Translations under genes and position numbers: made by a program
Shown here: piece by piece, positions 11,689 to 23,111 of the stretch
Numbering within the stretch: position 1 is the stretch's first letter
How the letters are laid out: each line of letters starts with the position of its first letter
Notes under the pieces: generated by a model
Seen by the model: the letters and a program-made list of their open reading frames with translations, nothing else
What the model was told of the DNA's origin: nothing
Databases searched by the model: none
From: Selaginella moellendorffii
Lineage: Eukaryota > Plantae > Lycopodiophyta
Assembly (NCBI RefSeq): GCF_000143415.4
Contig: NW_003314310.1
Span: forward strand, 1,110,611 to 1,174,610
DNA: 64,000 bases
Reading direction: 5' to 3'

Positions 11689-11799
11689 ATGAAGGCTGCT
11701 TTGGTGTTGTTTCTGGTGTTGGCCTTTGCCACTCTCCAGATAGCTTCTTCTTCTTTGGGTAGACGGGAGCTCTTGCACACGAAATCTTCACGATTTTAA
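11689..11799 (+). pseudogene. Truncated secreted peptide paralog (36 aa)
   Basis: MKAALVLFLVLAFATLQIASSSLGRREL then early stop; upstream region matches 22433-22603. Confidence 0.7.
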
Positions 11800-11824
11800 G
11801 GAGCACAAATTAACAAACTGGAAT

Positions 11825-12015
11825 AAAGTTTTGAACGGTCACCTCAAGCCCTGGTAGAGCATGGAGAAGCAGCGCCGGAGAATGGAGGCAAATCGAGCGG
11901 TCGCTTTGGCCGGGCACCAGATGTGTCCTGTCGCATTTCTCACCGCCAAAGCTGCAGCGTCTTGAGCAGATCTTCTCGGGAAGACGATTTAAAAGATCTG
12001 AAACGCCAAAAGTTG
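11825..12015 (+). pseudogene. Rearranged fragment of the ZRANB3-like helicase 5' end
   Basis: Matches 23070-23180 (direct), about 23180-23245 (inverted) and 24020-24060. Confidence 0.75.
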
Positions 12016-12929
12016 TGTTATTTTAAAATTAGTACTTGCCCAGGTGGTTAGTAAGGGTAAATTTGGTGCTAAAACTGATGCAATGCATCATGCCAACCAT
12101 TGTGCTGTTTTGTAGTTTGCCTGGAGCTGGATAACAAAGAAAAAGCTCCTGGTGAGATTTTTTTTTTTTCCCTCAAGGAAGCACTATAAATCTCTGGCCT
12201 ATCCTGGTTGGGGCGAATAATCTCAAACACCAATCCTTTATGTAACACATTAATATCACTAGTTTTTGGATTTACAATAATTTATAAGAAACAAATTAAA
12301 AAAAGGTTTATTGAAGTATAAAAGGAAAGAAAGTGCACCCTTTTTAAAAAATTTAGCAAGTTTGAGTTTTTTGCGCCAGCTGATCCCCCTTCTAACAACC
12401 TGGTTCCCCTGCCACATTACCAACTACGTGTCTTGCCTTAATTTGCAAAACAGAATCAGTATTGGCTACTACAATGTTATAGTAACTAATATTGATCCTG
12501 TATCGCAAAGTGAGGGAAGTAGGGCTGGAGAACTTAATCCAAGACTTAATCTGGGTAATAAATAAAGGTTTAAAATTTCAATCCCATATGTGATATTAAT
12601 ATATAAAAAAGAATTTTAATATTTTAATTCCTTCACTTAATGCTTTATACCTAGTTCATTTCAACCTAGTTCCTTGCAAAACGCTCCTCATGTTAGATTT
12701 ATATAAATTATCGTCAAAAGGGACGATGTTTTCACCGTGGATATGGAGTATATGTAGGGTTTATGAGCGTGAGCAGTGCATTGACGTATGTTTTCAATGA
12801 AGGAGCTACTAGCTCAGCAACGCCAACAGGTACTAGTTTTGTCTTTCTCATTTGTGTTTGTTCTTGGAGCATTTTTCGTTTACATCGACTTTTCTCATCA
12901 CTTTTCTGTTCGTGTTTCTCATCAGGAGG

Positions 12930-13860
12930 CAGGAGAGATTCTGCTAGAGTCTCACAAGGCATTTATGTCCAATGAACCCGCGCAAGAGAAGCTCAAGGAG
13001 ATAGTAAAACTCAAAACAAGCAATGTAAAACTGGGGGACAACAGTGATTATAGCTTTGTCTCGGACATTTCAAGCTCCACTCTACGATATCACGCTTTCC
13101 TCAAAAGGTGGGAACAGATTCGGACTAATGTTTTTATTGCTTCCTTCTAACAACTTTCCAAACTTTTGAGTCCAGGAAAATGTGTCCCGCTCTTTAAAAA
13201 TCTAGCTCCTCCGCGGAGGAAGTCGCTTCAAGCGCTGGCTCCCGAAAAAGTCAGTTTCTCATGGTGAGCACATTTCTCTAAAATTCATCGGCTAGTCTGT
13301 TAAGATGTATTTTTTCGCAAAAGTTTGAGCTTCGTATTTAACGGGTTACAATCCTATCGTGATTGATCCTCCCTGGGTAAACAAGAGCATCCACCGAAGA
13401 TCAGTGTGCTAATTTACATTCTTCGCTTTCACTAACTTCGTCCCTTTTTTTTTCAGTTATCCAACTTTATCTTCCCTTGCAACAATTGGTGCTCTGATAG
13501 GCTTGTGGATAACAAATCGAAGCTTCATCAATTTGTAGAGAAAGAACGTTTTCCTGTCAGCTTGTGGTACTGGCTCAACGTCTGCATTTTTTTTTTTTCC
13601 GACTGTATTTTCTACCTTTGTAAAGCTGCAGATAGGTTACGTAAACCATCACAAGCCATTAGGCAAAATTGCTTTTATCTTTTGCTTCAAATTATGCACT
13701 CTATGCAGGATCACAACGATGTTCCTCACAGACGCGTTGCTATTAGTTACAAGGCCAATTCTTTGATGTCAGCAGCTGGCCGCTAGCAATTCTGTACGTT
13801 GGAATAAAGAGGAGGATGCACAGCTTCATGCTCGAGCTCCGCTTCTCATTTCATTGCCGT
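12930..13860 (+). pseudogene. MT-A70 family (METTL4-like) methyltransferase, degenerate
   Basis: IVIDPPWVNKSIHRRS with the DPPW motif at 13365-13376; GALIGLWITNRSKLHQFVEKERFP; exons broken. Confidence 0.65.
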
Positions 13861-14129
13861 GTCAAAAGACTTACTTGAACCAATGCTGAAGAAGTCCACA
13901 GAACATAGTTGGCTCCATTATGAAATCTGGATTGTAGTGGCAAGAATCATGAACCATGTGGTCCTCAGATAGCGTCAGAAAATCGAACTCGCTCCAGAAA
14001 ATAGCTTTTGCTTTGAAATCGAAGTGGTTCGTTTCCCCATCAAAACAGCTCCAAAGCTCTAACCGGTTTCGGGCAAGAAGTACTGTTTTTCTTGTTAAGT
14101 TTTAAAAAAAAAAAAAAACGGAAGGAAAG

Positions 14130-16356
14130 GATACCGCCTAGCGGGGACTTCTGCGACTGCTACACGATGCTCAGATCTCTACACGTTTACTAGCCAGCAG
14201 TATCGCAGGAATATCATCCAGGCTTTTGGTTCTCTGGCAAACACCACGGATTACAAGACGGTGATCATAAACAGCAACAAGAATGGCTCTACAGTTGACA
14301 CAGTGTTTGGCCTCCTACAATGCCGTGGAGACATTTCTTCCAGCGACTGCAATGCCTGCGCTTCGACTGCCATCAACTCTCTCAATGGATCCTGCGTCAG
14401 AAATTCTACAAAGGGGGGACGGGTGCAGGAAGAGACGTGTTTTCTACGCTACGAAGATCACTACTTCTTTTCGAATTACTCTGGAATCGACTCGGCTCTG
14501 GTGAACTGCTCGTCCGGCATCAGTAACTCCAGCCAGTACCGTTCGAACACAGACACCGGTTTTGCGTTTCTGAGAGACCGTATTCCAGGTAGTGCTGGTG
14601 GCTTCATGATAGCTGTTGCTGGAACTTCTCCCGACAACAGCGCGTACGTTCTGGGACAATGTGTTCGTGATCTGAGCACTTCTGACTGCACGACCTGCTT
14701 GGAGAAAGCCAGAAGCTCATTGTCCAGTACTTGGAATGGCAGAGATGGAGGAAGTTGCTACCTGGCTGAATGCAATATGCAGTACGAGAGTTTCAAGTTT
14801 TTTGGTGGAGTTCCCGTCAACGCAAGCAGCAGTACCGCGGTTTCCACTTCCGGCGGAGGTGATTGTTTTTCATTCTTATTGTTTGTTATATTTTTAAACC
14901 TTGTTGTCTTTCTGAAGGTAGCAACAAAGCAAGAAATGTAGGCATAATCGTGGGAGTAATCGCCGCAGTGCTGCTGGGTGTTGGTATAGTTCTTGGTATG
15001 AATTGGTGGTGGCGAAAATTGGTAAATTCATTTGAAGCCAGCTTGCTTGGAAGCACTTACGAATTTTCATTTCTGCGATAGCCAATGACTTACAATGTAC
15101 CTTGCATCGGGGGCCAGTTACGTTCCCATATCGGATGCTGAAATCGTCCACTGCAAACTTCGACGAAAGCACAAGCTCGGTGAAGGTGGCTTTGGTGCTG
15201 TTTACAAGGTTAAGTTTTATTGTTTTTGCAGCAGTGAAAACTCATGGATCTCTTCCTGAACAGGGATATCTTCCAGATGGATCCGAAGTGGCGATCAAAA
15301 AGCTCACCGTCACCTCCAAGCACGGTTAGCTTCAGTTTCTGAACGAAGTCAAGGCAATCAGCAGCGTGCAGCATCGGAACTTGGTAAAGCTGCTGGGATG
15401 TTCTATGGAAGGCACAGAAAGGCTTCTTGTCTATGAGCTCCTCAAGAACAACAGTTTGGAAAACGCTTTGTTCGGTACGTTTGATCGTTTGTACGTTTGT
15501 ACGTTTGATCTCTTTATACTTCTACAGATTGTATTGAAGCTGGCTGGCCGTGTCTCAGGCCCTGTAGAGAAGCCCCTGTCCTGGGAAACTCGCCATAACA
15601 TTCTCTTGGGAACTGCTCGTGGTTTAGCATATCTCCATGAAGACTCACAAATACGAATAGTACACAGGGACATCAAACCGAGCAACATTCTCCTGGATGA
15701 GTTCTACGAGGCCAAGATAGCCGACTTTGGATTGGCAAGGCTGTTCGAATCGTCCCATCAGCTGGAGGTTCTAACCACCAAAGCTGCAGGAACATAGTAA
15801 GTTCCATAGTACTTGATGTTTTACAACATGCTTTCGATGATCTTGCAGTGGCTACATGGCGCCAGAGTACGCACTCAATGGTCAGCTGAGCGACAAGATC
15901 GATGTTTACAGCTATGGAATCGTCATTCTGAAAACCGTGAGTGGCAAAAGAAACCGAGACAGATCACTGGTGGACGAGGTACTTGAAAAAATTAGTGTTT
16001 GTATTTAGATTTGTAAGGCTCGCGGAATTGTTTTCCAGGCATGGCAGATTCACGCTGACACAGGAGGGGTATTTCGCGACTTTGTGGACCCGAAACTGGA
16101 GAACGAAATTTCCAACAGCCAGGCGCTGCAGCTGGTGACACTGGCGCTCATGTGTACTCAAGGCTTGCCTCAGGCGCGGCCGTCAATGCCTCACGTCGTC
16201 GCGATGCTGGCAGGTTACTCAAACGCTCACGTTCCAGAGAACTTGAGCCGATCATCTTCAGTCTCCTACACAGCCATGCGATCCAATGACTCCACCAGGA
16301 TCTCCTCGGGAGCTTCCAATGAATCCCCGCAGATTTCCACCTTGGGGCCACGATAG
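14130..16356 (+). pseudogene. Cysteine-rich receptor-like kinase (2x DUF26, TM, kinase), disrupted
   Basis: QCRGD/QCVRD DUF26 C-x8-C-x2-C motifs, TM helix, [18 protein letters not shown]; frameshift before KLGEGGFG (about 15170), TAG at 15327-15329, no signal peptide. Confidence 0.8.
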
Positions 16357-18249
16357 TTCCATTTTGATTTTGGAGTTTGAGATGTGCGCTTTCAAAACGT
16401 AGCGAGTGAGAGTGATCTTCGTTTATGCAAACGTTCAAATAATTAATATATCCAGAATATTGAAGCATTTATCTGATTGTATAAGATAAATTCATTCAAA
16501 TTTTTTTATTCAGACTAAATAACCTAATTCTGAGGATGCTGCTGCTGCTGCTGTTGTTCCAAGAGTAATAGAATTTTTTAGAGGTCACAAAGTTTTGCGA
16601 AGTATCTGCTGGGGAACCACACCGCATTTATCACTGGTAAGATAGATCAATTCTCTTCTTTTTTGTGACTTTCTTCTTCTTTTCTTTTCCCTCCAAGAAT
16701 CCGGGGAGCTTTTCACCTGTGGAGATTGAGACTTTGTAAGTCGAAGAACTCCCTGTAAAGTTCTGGCTCTTTCCAATGTGGAATCCACACACTGGTTCTC
16801 TCCGGTAAAATGTTCCTTCTTGCTTCCTTGCGTGCTTCGCATCCAAGTCGTGAGTGAATCTATCTATTTCTTTCTCTTTTCTCTTCTAGCAATGAGGGAT
16901 ACAGGAAAAGGAGATGGCCGAGTTGTCAAAGCTTTTCGACTAGCGAAGCGCGGTCAGCTCGGCAGCCTTTCGTCCCCAGCAGCTGAAAACACCGGAGCTT
17001 TAGCATGAATAAAAAGGACCAGGCTCTCAGTGCTGTGGTTTTCCAACACGTGTACTCTGTAAAATGTCATGTTCGACCGCTCGCAACATTTGTCACAGAT
17101 TATATTCCTGTTTTGAAACATAGAAAGAAATAAAACATTAAGAGGATACAAGCTGACCATGCCATTCCCCATTCTCTGCAGGACACTGATTTCAAAAACC
17201 GCTTGAGATAAGACCATGGTTCCAGCCGAGAGAAACTTCGCGGAAGTTAAGCTCTTCACTTGCGAGAAACAGTATGTAAGCGTCCGTTTGATGCTTTTCC
17301 CGAGCTGGCCAGTGCCTGCCAGAAGATGGAATTGATTTCCTGGAGAAAAGGAAATTTCTTTGAAGACTCACCACTGGTTAGCTGTGGTCTCCATTTGCTG
17401 ACCATAGGAGCTGAGCGATGGAATTGCTTGTGGAAAAGCCACTTTGTCGAGCTCTTCGGATGAAGGGCTGCCGAGCTGGCTGCGCTTGGCTAGTCCAAAA
17501 GCTTGACAACTCAGCCATCACCTTTGCCTGTATCTCTCATTGTTCGAAGATACGGAATAAACAAATAGATACATACTCACGATTTGGATGCAAACCACAC
17601 AAGCGAGAAGAAAGAAAATTTATCCGCGAGAACCAGGGTGTGGCAAGCAACTTTGATAGCATTGGAAAGGGACAGAAAATTGAGTTCACAGGTTGAAGGC
17701 TCCATGACAGATGAGGTGTGGTTCCATGCTTCCCAAATTTTGTGAATTTTTACTTTGGAATACCATCTCCATACAAGAGAAATCAATCACCAAAGTCAAA
17801 CAAAATTTCCTGACCTCTTTGTGAACTTGAATAAAATCACACATTAGGAGAAATCTCCAATTTAGAGTGGTGGTAACAAGACCTTCCACAAAATGCCAAG
17901 GACACCTATTGATTCCTTCAGCCCCAGCTTTGTCACACTTATTATGGAGCATGGGTATAGAGTTCAAGAAGTTGGAGCTAAATGCTTCCTCATTGATACA
18001 AACTCTCACCAGATTTCTCTCCCAATTCTTCCAGCAGTAGCACTGGTAATCAGCTGCCTTTATTTGTACGTTGGAGAGAATAAGGTATATGCTAAGTTGT
18101 TTAAAGAAAACTGTTAACTACTCAATCCTGAATACAATGGAGAAAAAGAATCTTTAAAACTCACCACTCAAAGCTGCGGGTCTCCATTTGCTGCCACAAA
18201 TCGAAACACTGTAGGAGTCGAGCGATGGAATTGCTTGTAGAGAAGCAGT

Positions 18250-18400
18250 TATACTTGGCTATGGGGCGAACACGGGCAGCTTATGCTTGGCCATTCTAAT
18301 GACGAAAGGTATCCTTGTACAGTATTTGGACAGCAAAGTAGTCATGTATGTTGCTCATATTTACATTTGCTTTTGATTTATGCTGTAATAACTTCGGGAT
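18250..18400 (+). pseudogene. Decayed copy of the last RCC1 exon (305-475)
   Basis: Shared ATGGGGCGAACACGGGCAGCTT and downstream sequence. Confidence 0.75.
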
Positions 18401-19518
18401 CCTTGAAGAAGACAAAAATAGTCCCTTTTTATTTTAAACCAAATTGATTGAGAGAATCCTGGTGATAGTTTGTGCGAGGCTTTAATTTTATTTAATATAA
18501 TTTAAATTTTTATGTATAGTATATTAATTCTCAATATATTATAGCAATTATGATTATATTTATAATTATATTTTTAACTTAATATTAAATAAAAATAGCT
18601 TCATATAATAATATACTTTCTTTATCTGTTTAAAATGTGGATTCTTGGGATTTTTTGTCTTAAATACATTAGAAAGAGATTTTTTTTTCTTACAAACTAT
18701 AAGTCTAAGTTTTAACATGTTATAATCTTGAATTTTGTAAATTTTTTATATAAATTATTATTTTATGTTTATTTGAGTTGTAGGGGTATACAATTAAGTT
18801 AGATGGTATATGCACTTATGTTAATGTTATATTCTTAAAATGTACTGCCATGGGTAGCAACTAAAAATTGTAATTGGTTGTCCTCTGAAAACAATGTTAG
18901 CCTAAACTGTCATTCCCCATGATCAAATCTAGACTTTGATAGCTAAATTTGCTATATAAGAATTAGAGGTTTTGTCCAGTATTAACAGTGGCATATACTT
19001 GCTAAAAATAAAAAAATTTGTTGATCCCTTGGCTTATATGGTTATAAGGAGTTTTCCATGAGTATAAAAGTAAAGCAGTAAATAAGTTCTTTGTTCATAA
19101 AAAAAATCTGACATGGGCAATCTGTTAGCTCCAAGTAAACTCATATTTCTTAAATCTTCTACTTTTTTAGTATGTATGCACAACAATGACAAAGAATCAA
19201 GAACTATAAAATCATATCATAAATTTTAAAAATATCACCGTTGATATCCTTTATTACATTACCAAAGCAAGGTCCATGTCTTGGCGGTTCCAGCGGCCAC
19301 GCAAGGCCATATCTCCTGATCCATCTCTGCAATGGTTCGTCGCTTTTCATTTCCAATTCCACAAACCGCAGAAGTTTCTTGTTGCCCAGCCAGAACGCAG
19401 TCTCCAACAGCTCATGGCTGAGGGACGTACTTGCTAGTGCATTTTCACTAGAGATAATACTATTTGATTCTTCTACACTTTTGCAATTTATGTATGTATG
19501 GTTTAGATAAAATTATTC

Positions 19519-21259
19519 TTAGCATGGAGGGATCTCGTCGACGATACTTTTCCCAACGTACCTATCAGTTCAGAAAACTAAATTAATCAAACTTAAGATA
19601 AAACTAAATATACCTTCCAAGCATCATCAGAGTCGCTTGTGGATTGGTTCCAGGCGAGATGTATAAAACGCTAGCATCCACCACACGTAAGTTGTGTACC
19701 CCAATCACCTTGAAGTTGGAATCTACCACCTTGTTTACCAAGCAGCCACCGTGATAGTGATACAAAGTTGCGACGTTTCTTTTGCAGTAATCTGCAAGGG
19801 TGCTGTTGATGACGCCGATCCTTGAATTGCCCCTGCTGGGAGAAATCACTGTTCCTCCGGAGGGGAGAGTTTGATTATCATAACGAAAAGGTTTGTAAGC
19901 GTTTGAGAGCAATGCTTTCTCCACTGCATCCACGCCTGCAACGCAAACTTGCAAATCTCTTGGCTCTTGGAAATAGTTGAAACTTACAACTGGATTGTCA
20001 TCCACATTTATGGTGGCCAGGTAGAGCTCGCCCATGGAAGCTGGGCCATTGACCTTCTCAACAAGGAAGTTCGCGTTGGGCGCTAGCGTTCCTCCGCTAT
20101 CACCCTCGATATAGCTCCCAAAGGACGTGATCCCGACGCTTAGACTCGTGGAGACCTCGACGTAAGATGGCGATGGGACGAACAAGTAGACTGTGGGGTT
20201 GTCTGCCATATGTTTCCCGACCTCTGGGAAATCCTTGATCACTTTGATGCCTTTGGATTGAAGATGGCTTCCAGGTCCGATTCCACTTAGCATTAGGAGC
20301 TGTGGACTTGCAATCGCACCTGCGCAAAGAATTACCTCGCTGGATCGCTTGGGGGAAAGAAATGCTTTCCGGATACGCCCAAGCCTGTCTTTAAACTCCA
20401 CTCCATACGCTTTTGGCGATACACCTTCAAGAGAAGGGATATGAGCAATGTTTCTCTCGAAAACAAAAACAAACCTTGCAAGAAGAGAATTCGTAGAACT
20501 GTGGCATGGAGGAGAATTTTGATGTTTCTTGGATTCGCATAGACAAAGAGGTCTGAAGCTGGCCTTCGAGTTCCCGAATGATCGAATATGGTACCAGAAG
20601 TTTTGGTTCCAACCAAGTGATCATACGTCGCGTTGTTGTCGGGTGTGATTCCAGCTTGGAGCAGTGATTGCCGGAACGCTGTCTGGTATGGCCCAAGCTG
20701 ATCTGGAATGGAAGACACGACACTCTCAACCCAGCGGTAAGACTGATTCACCAGGCAAAGATTGAGACCCAGAGTAGTGATGAAAGATTTCTCGGCGTGA
20801 GAATAAACCCCAGCATTTACACTGGATCCTCCTCCAAGAACTCGAGCTCTCCCGTTTCGTACGCCCTCTGTGGAGAAGAAGACCTGGAGTGGCGATTGGG
20901 GGCTGTCGTCGAATAGAATTGCTCCAAAGTTTTCGATCCTGGTGATGTTTGGATTGCCATACGGTGATCCCCCCCTCTCGAGCACAAGAACTTTGTATTT
21001 GCTCGAAAGCGTCGCGGCAAGGGGTGATCCCGCGGTTCCACCACCCACGATTATGTAGTCATAGTTAAACAAATCCGAGCTCGAGCGATCGGTGGCTTCT
21101 TGTATAAAACTGAACGTAGCTGTGCATGATTCATAGAGATCGATCAAACAAAACTATCTGTCGATCAATTGAAAGATTCTTGTGGAGGAAAGTAATACCT
21201 GATGATGTCGAGCTCTGGAAGAGAAGCACCACAAGAATGTAAGCAACGATCGGGCCCAT
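19519..21259 (-). CDS. GMC oxidoreductase, HOTHEAD/mandelonitrile lyase-like
   Basis: Signal-peptide exon, YDYIIVGGGTAG, ARVLGGGSSVN, YHYHGG, GTNPQAT; four exons in phase. Confidence 0.9.
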
Positions 21260-21479
21260 GCCCCAAATCTCTAATGGAAGACAACTTCGATGATTCCTCC
21301 TATTATATCTCCAGTGATCGAGTCAAACATCGATGAGTATTTATTCCAAATCACTACATGATGTTGTTGCTACCAAAAAGATTGTTGCGATCTTTTATTG
21401 ACTTTCAAGACAACAAAGAAAAGTAGGACTTCTGGTTTGTGACGTGCGTGACCCCAGGTAGGATTTCTCTTTGTCTCGC

Positions 21480-22260
21480 TTTCCGAGTACTTGCATTTTG
21501 GGTCATCGATCGGCGCCAATCGCAGTACAGGCAGGATTATGCTTCCTAGGAGAGGAATTACTCCGTCTACATTGTCCGCCTGTGTACCCGTCTCAAGGCG
21601 CTGGTGGATCCACAAGCAGCTCGTCCGGATGGGGATCGCCGAGCACCTGTGCTGAGAGTTGGACTTTGGGCCGAGCTCGTCCCTGCGTATGACGTCCAGA
21701 GCAACGATCTCGTCAACGCTTCGCTGTACACATGCATACATCGCGAGTGTGCAAGCTCGGATGATGTTTGGCGGGATGGCTCACAGTTGTCCAGTGCTTT
21801 GGAGAAAGATGATCAGCGGCCATTCCAGTCTAAAAGCGATGCAGTCCACGAAGATGTTGGCTGACGCCTACTGCTGCGTTTCGTTTCTGCGATTCTCCTG
21901 GCTCCGGAAGCGGGGCAAGAAGTTCATGAAAAGTGTGGCCTTGAGCAAGATGTTTTCGTCGGCAACGCACTCGTGGACATGCACGGAAAGTGTGGCAGTG
22001 TTTGAGAGAGCCCGGACGGGGAGAAAAACTGGTTTTCGAGGAACTTCATGGTGGAAGCGTACTGCTCTACAGGCTACAGCACAGAGGCTATACAGGCATT
22101 CTTACAGATGCTACAGAAACATTCACGAGTGTTTTGGTTAGCATGCGGACATGCTGGTTTCATATGAGAAGGGATTCTCATGGCAGTGTGTTGTCAGTTT
22201 ACTTACTTACGATGCTCTAGCAGGATCGGATGATGCTGCCAAAGTCGAGAAACAATGACT
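21480..22260 (+). pseudogene. PLS-class PPR gene remnant
   Basis: EQDVFVGNALVDMHGKCGSV near 21943-22002; multiple frameshifts. Confidence 0.7.
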
Positions 22261-22348
22261 TGACGCGATAAACTGCAAAACGTAAAGGTAAAGTGATATA
22301 GTTTTTGTTCTTGAATGTGAATGTATAAATATAAAGGGTACATTTTCA

Positions 22349-22432
22349 TGTCAGAAGTGGGATTTGAACCCACGCCCTCGTGAGAGGAGCAGAACTTGAG
22401 TCTGCCGCCTTAGACCGCTCGGCCATCCTGAC
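22349..22432 (-). tRNA. trnL-CAA: tRNA-Leu(CAA)
   Basis: Identical to 11434-11517. Confidence 0.95.
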
Positions 22433-22603
22433 ATCATATGTTCATAATATTAGATTTTGATTTTTATCAAGCAATGGTTGAATGCATGAAGCATTCAACC
22501 ACTTGGCAATGCATGCTGGAGTGTAACATAATATATAAGGCCTGAAAGGTCTAGCGATTATTCAGCAAGAGTTGATTGAGCTCCATTAATCACTACTACA
22601 GCA

Positions 22604-22966
22604 ATGAAGGCTGCTTTAATGTTGCTTCTAGTTTTTGCCTTTGCCACTTTCCAGATAGCAGTGTCTTCTTCTTCTTCTTTGGGTAGAAGGGAGCTCAATG
22701 GTGTTGCTGATCAAGACCCATCAGTGGAGCCATCATCCAGTTCTCTAGTGCATCCTCCTGAGATGGATGATCATGATCATGGAGATGAAGTTCATGATCA
22801 TGAAGATGATGGAGGTCCTCCAGTCCATGGGTCTCACAAGCACAGGAGGAGCAACAACAACAACAACAACATCAACATCAATATCAACATCTGCAGAAAG
22901 AAGTCTATGAATCATGAAGATTCAAAGAACAAGGACAAGGAGGACAAGAAAGGGTTCCATTTTTAG
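22604..22966 (+). CDS. Small secreted His/Asp-rich protein, 120 aa, unknown function
   Basis: Hydrophobic signal peptide, GRREL, DDHDHGDEVHDHEDD, NININICRKK, KKGFHF*; TATATAA upstream; three paralogous remnants in the window. Confidence 0.7.
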   Translation: MKAALMLLLVFAFATFQIAVSSSSSLGRRELNGVADQDPSVEPSSSSLVHPPEMDDHDHGDEVHDHEDDGGPPVHGSHKHRRSNNNNNNINININICRKKSMNHEDSKNKDKEDKKGFHF

Positions 22967-23111
22967 TGTAAAAAGGATGGATCCTCTCCATCATTTGTAG
23001 ATCAATAAAACCAGAAATTCTTGTCTTGAGGAAAGTAACTGAATATTCCTTACAAAAAATACAAAGGCCTAAAGTTTTAAACGGTCACAATTCCTCAAGC
23101 CCTAGTAGGGC

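Noticed and set aside
15790-15800. Apparent TAG after AAGT in the kinase
   Set aside because: It spans a splice donor (TA|gtaagt...ag|T encodes Tyr)
16560-18240. Short ORFs and a small internal repeat (about 17380 vs 18172)
   Set aside because: No recognisable domain or coherent exon chain
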